Shown piece after piece: positions 35,189-37,314 of a stretch of DNA of 37,314 bases; within the stretch, counting starts at the first letter, position 1, and each line of letters starts with the position of its first letter. The DNA is taken from positions 1 through 37,314 of IMG/VR virus record IMGVR_UViG_3300049827_000308; one strand, written 5' to 3'. The notes under the pieces are model-generated. The model was not told where the DNA came from, did not search any database, and worked only from the letters and a program-made list of their open reading frames with translations. A program made the translations under genes and the position numbers. The DNA comes from a virus. Lineage: Duplodnaviria > Caudoviricetes.

Positions 35189-35359
35189 ATGGGAACGCAT
35201 AAGATTCAAACCATTTTTCCGGGCCTCAAATTTCGCTGCGAAGTCTGCGGCCCACAACCGGCCAAAGCGTTTTACCCAGGCAAATACAGACTATGCCGCG
35301 TGCACTGGAACGCCGAGCAGAAGGACTACACGCGGCGCATGAAGGAGAGGTGGGGATGA
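35189..35359 (+). CDS. Small zinc-finger protein (56 aa, below the ORF-track cutoff), first gene after pL
   Basis: SD GGAGG. MGTHKIQTIFPGLKFRCEVCGPQPAKAFYPGKYRLCRVHWNAEQKDYTRRMKERWG. Confidence 0.65.
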   Translation: MGTHKIQTIFPGLKFRCEVCGPQPAKAFYPGKYRLCRVHWNAEQKDYTRRMKERWG

Positions 35360-35718
35360 TGTGCTACTCGACTTGCTTCTACCAAAAATGGGACGGCGCA
35401 TGCCGGTATGCGCGCCCACCTGAGGACGGACAGTGCATGCGGGAATACTCAGGGCCACAGGAGCCGGAGGAGTTCGACGGCTGTGTGGAGCTCCTCATCC
35501 ACCAGGCCGACACCCCACCGGCAGACATGCGCACGGTACTCCTGAGCGACGGACATGAGATGTACCTGGGATACTACAATCACGGGTGGGGAGGATGGAG
35601 CTACTTTTCGACGGAGGGCGTCCGGCCCATCGACCCCATCGCCTGGTCGGATCTTCCGACCGTCGAGGATTTCACGCAAGACGTCCTTCGAGCCATGAAA
35701 AGGAGAAACACCGCATGA
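35356..35718 (+). CDS. Hypothetical protein, DUF551-like C-terminal domain
   Basis: Start moved to MMCYST (ATGA overlap). PP..VLL..GYY..W..IAWSDLP. Confidence 0.55.
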   Translation: MMCYSTCFYQKWDGACRYARPPEDGQCMREYSGPQEPEEFDGCVELLIHQADTPPADMRTVLLSDGHEMYLGYYNHGWGGWSYFSTEGVRPIDPIAWSDLPTVEDFTQDVLRAMKRRNTA

Positions 35719-36047
35719 ACATTTCATGTCCCATCTGCAAGCAACAAATGAAACCCGGCTGGATAACCACGGACACAAAGGCTTCGCGCTGGTTTGTCGG
35801 AACCTGGACCTGTCCGGCTCATGGGGAGATGCGCCTGTCCGGACACCTGCTTCGAGAGGGTCCGGAGATCAAGACCCACATTCCCGAATGCCCGAACAAC
35901 TGCGGCATTGCTCCCGTGGTACAGCTCACCACGACTGAATGGGGATGCTGCTCGTGTGGGTGCAGGATCAAGATCAGAAACGGTCGACTGGCAACCTATC
36001 CGAACCGCAGAATGATGCAATTGTCGGATGGACTGAAGGTCGCTTGA
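35715..36047 (+). CDS. Multi zinc-ribbon protein
   Basis: Start moved to MNISCPIC (ATGA overlap, SD AGGAG). CPIC, CPAH, CPNNC, CCSCGC. Confidence 0.6.
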   Translation: MNISCPICKQQMKPGWITTDTKASRWFVGTWTCPAHGEMRLSGHLLREGPEIKTHIPECPNNCGIAPVVQLTTTEWGCCSCGCRIKIRNGRLATYPNRRMMQLSDGLKVA

Positions 36048-36120
36048 TTCGACGACGACAAATCGCCCTTGTGGCGAGCGCGATGAACACATCACATGGA
36101 ACACGTTTACGGAGAATCGC

Positions 36121-37314
36121 ATGCAAAACGACATACAGAAACATGACAGCACCATGGAGGTCATAGTCCACACCTCAGCTGGGGACGTGAAGCTCACTCC
36201 AGCCATTGTCCGAAAATACCTCGTGAACGGCAACGGGGCGATAACAGAGCAGGAAATCGCCATGTTCCTCGGGTTGTGCAAGTACCAGCAGCTCAATCCC
36301 TTCCTGCGTGAAGCCTACCTCATCAAGTACGGATCCCAGCCGGCCACGATTGTCACCGCCAAGGAGACCTTTCTAAAGCGCGCAAGGCAGGCCCAAGACT
36401 TCCTGGGCCACAAGGCGGGGATCGTGGTCATGGACACCACCACCAAAGCCATCAGTTACACGGAGGGCTATTGTCCGCCAGGGTCCAAGGTCGTCGGGGG
36501 ATGGGCGGAAATCCACATCGATAAGTGGGCGTTCCCGCTGCGGGTCGAAGTCGGTTTTGACGAGTATGTCGGACGCAAGGGAGACGGGACGGTTAACAAG
36601 ATGTGGACCGAGAAGCCGGCCACCATGATCCGCAAGGTTGCCCTGGTGCAGGCTCTGCGTGAGGCTTTCCCGTCGGCCTTCGGCGCAATGTACTCCGAGG
36701 AAGAGGTCAGCGCACAAGACGATCTCCCACGCTCCCCCGTTGACACCGCCCAGGTGATAGACGTTACGCATCGCTCGGAGCCTACAAACGGCGACAGCGC
36801 CGCGCCTAACCCAGTAAACGAGACCCAACAGCCCCCCACCGCTGAGCACCGCCGCCGCCGCAACAAGTTTCGCGTGGATCCCATGATTTTCGGCTCAGAC
36901 GAGATCATGACCTGCGGGTGCACCCCGGATCAGCTCACTACTCTCCAGGGGATAGTCAAGCGCAACGACGAAGCAAAGAAATGGGTGACGGCGAAGGCCA
37001 AGGAGATGACCGGATATGACCAGTGGTCCTTCATGCGTGAAGACGAAGCGCAGTCCGTTCTTGCTGAAGCTCGGGAGCGTTTTCAGAAGCCGGCGCTTCA
37101 GGTGGACGACCTGGCACAGCCCAATAGTGATGAGGCTGTCGTTCCCGTCACGCAGGATTCGCCACCGCAAGCCATACCTGATGACCTGATCGACTGCCCA
37201 GTCAGACCGGGTGACCGCATGTCGCTATCCGGATATTGCATGACCCAGTGCCGCGAGCGTGCTTCCCTGGGGTGGTGTCCCGCCATTCCCGGCGACGAGG
37301 CTCCCAAGGCCGAA
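36121..37314 (+). CDS. bet: Bet/RecT single-strand annealing recombinase; runs off the right edge
   Basis: Missing from the ORF track. From ATG 36121 (SD GGAG): VKLTPAIVRKYLVNGNGAITEQEIAMFLGLCKYQQLNPFLREAYLIKYG..MWTEKPATMIRKVALVQALREAFP..MYSEEE. The frame stays open to the window end. Confidence 0.9.
   Translation, partial: MQNDIQKHDSTMEVIVHTSAGDVKLTPAIVRKYLVNGNGAITEQEIAMFLGLCKYQQLNPFLREAYLIKYGSQPATIVTAKETFLKRARQAQDFLGHKAGIVVMDTTTKAISYTEGYCPPGSKVVGGWAEIHIDKWAFPLRVEVGFDEYVGRKGDGTVNKMWTEKPATMIRKVALVQALREAFPSAFGAMYSEEEVSAQDDLPRSPVDTAQVIDVTHRSEPTNGDSAAPNPVNETQQPPTAEHRRRRNKFRVDPMIFGSDEIMTCGCTPDQLTTLQGIVKRNDEAKKWVTAKAKEMTGYDQWSFMREDEAQSVLAEARERFQKPALQVDDLAQPNSDEAVVPVTQDSPPQAIPDDLIDCPVRPGDRMSLSGYCMTQCRERASLGWCPAIPGDEAPKAE

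Larger units (their letters stand above)
1..37314. mobile_element. Temperate podovirus-type phage/prophage segment (BPP-1/epsilon15-like virion module plus lambdoid immunity switch)
   Basis: Contiguous terminase-portal-scaffold-capsid-tail tubular A/B-ejection-tailspike genes, a CI/Cro switch and a Bet recombinase. No host housekeeping genes. Ends and integrase are not in the window. Confidence 0.95.

Overview
The whole window is an internal segment of a temperate podovirus-type (pro)phage, and both terminal ORFs run off the edges. The minus strand (~1-31700) carries one long, tightly coupled run of genes. From right to left these are Cro, a small RHH-like regulator, replication-initiation genes, VRR-NUC, a lysis-position cluster of four envelope proteins with no visible endolysin, small and large terminase, portal, scaffold, HK97-type major capsid with a Bbp16-like cement protein, tail adaptor and nozzle, an accessory fibre cassette, a GNAT protein, three ejection (internal virion) proteins and a beta-helix tailspike. 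The right part is a lambdoid immunity region: CI (HTH + S24), five 17-bp TAGGY-N7-RCCKA operators at divergent pR/pL-like promoters, a cargo island between cI and pL (unknown 288-aa gene, TPR membrane protein, orphan BrnA, HigBA), and early genes ending in a Bet/RecT annealase. The most interesting signals are: (1) a ~2340-aa injected polyvalent protein carrying a lower-GC ART-like + LPD3-like cassette next to an HExxH motif; (2) an ejection protein with a T6SS VgrG3-like muramidase domain; (3) the HigBA-BrnA-TPR island; (4) two distant paralogous structural proteins ending in WEE.PI; (5) a repeated RNA hairpin before the capsid and tailspike genes; (6) tandem replication-initiator N-domains. 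All family calls come from recognising motifs by eye; no database search was run. No integrase, att site, tRNA, CRISPR or reverse transcriptase was seen.
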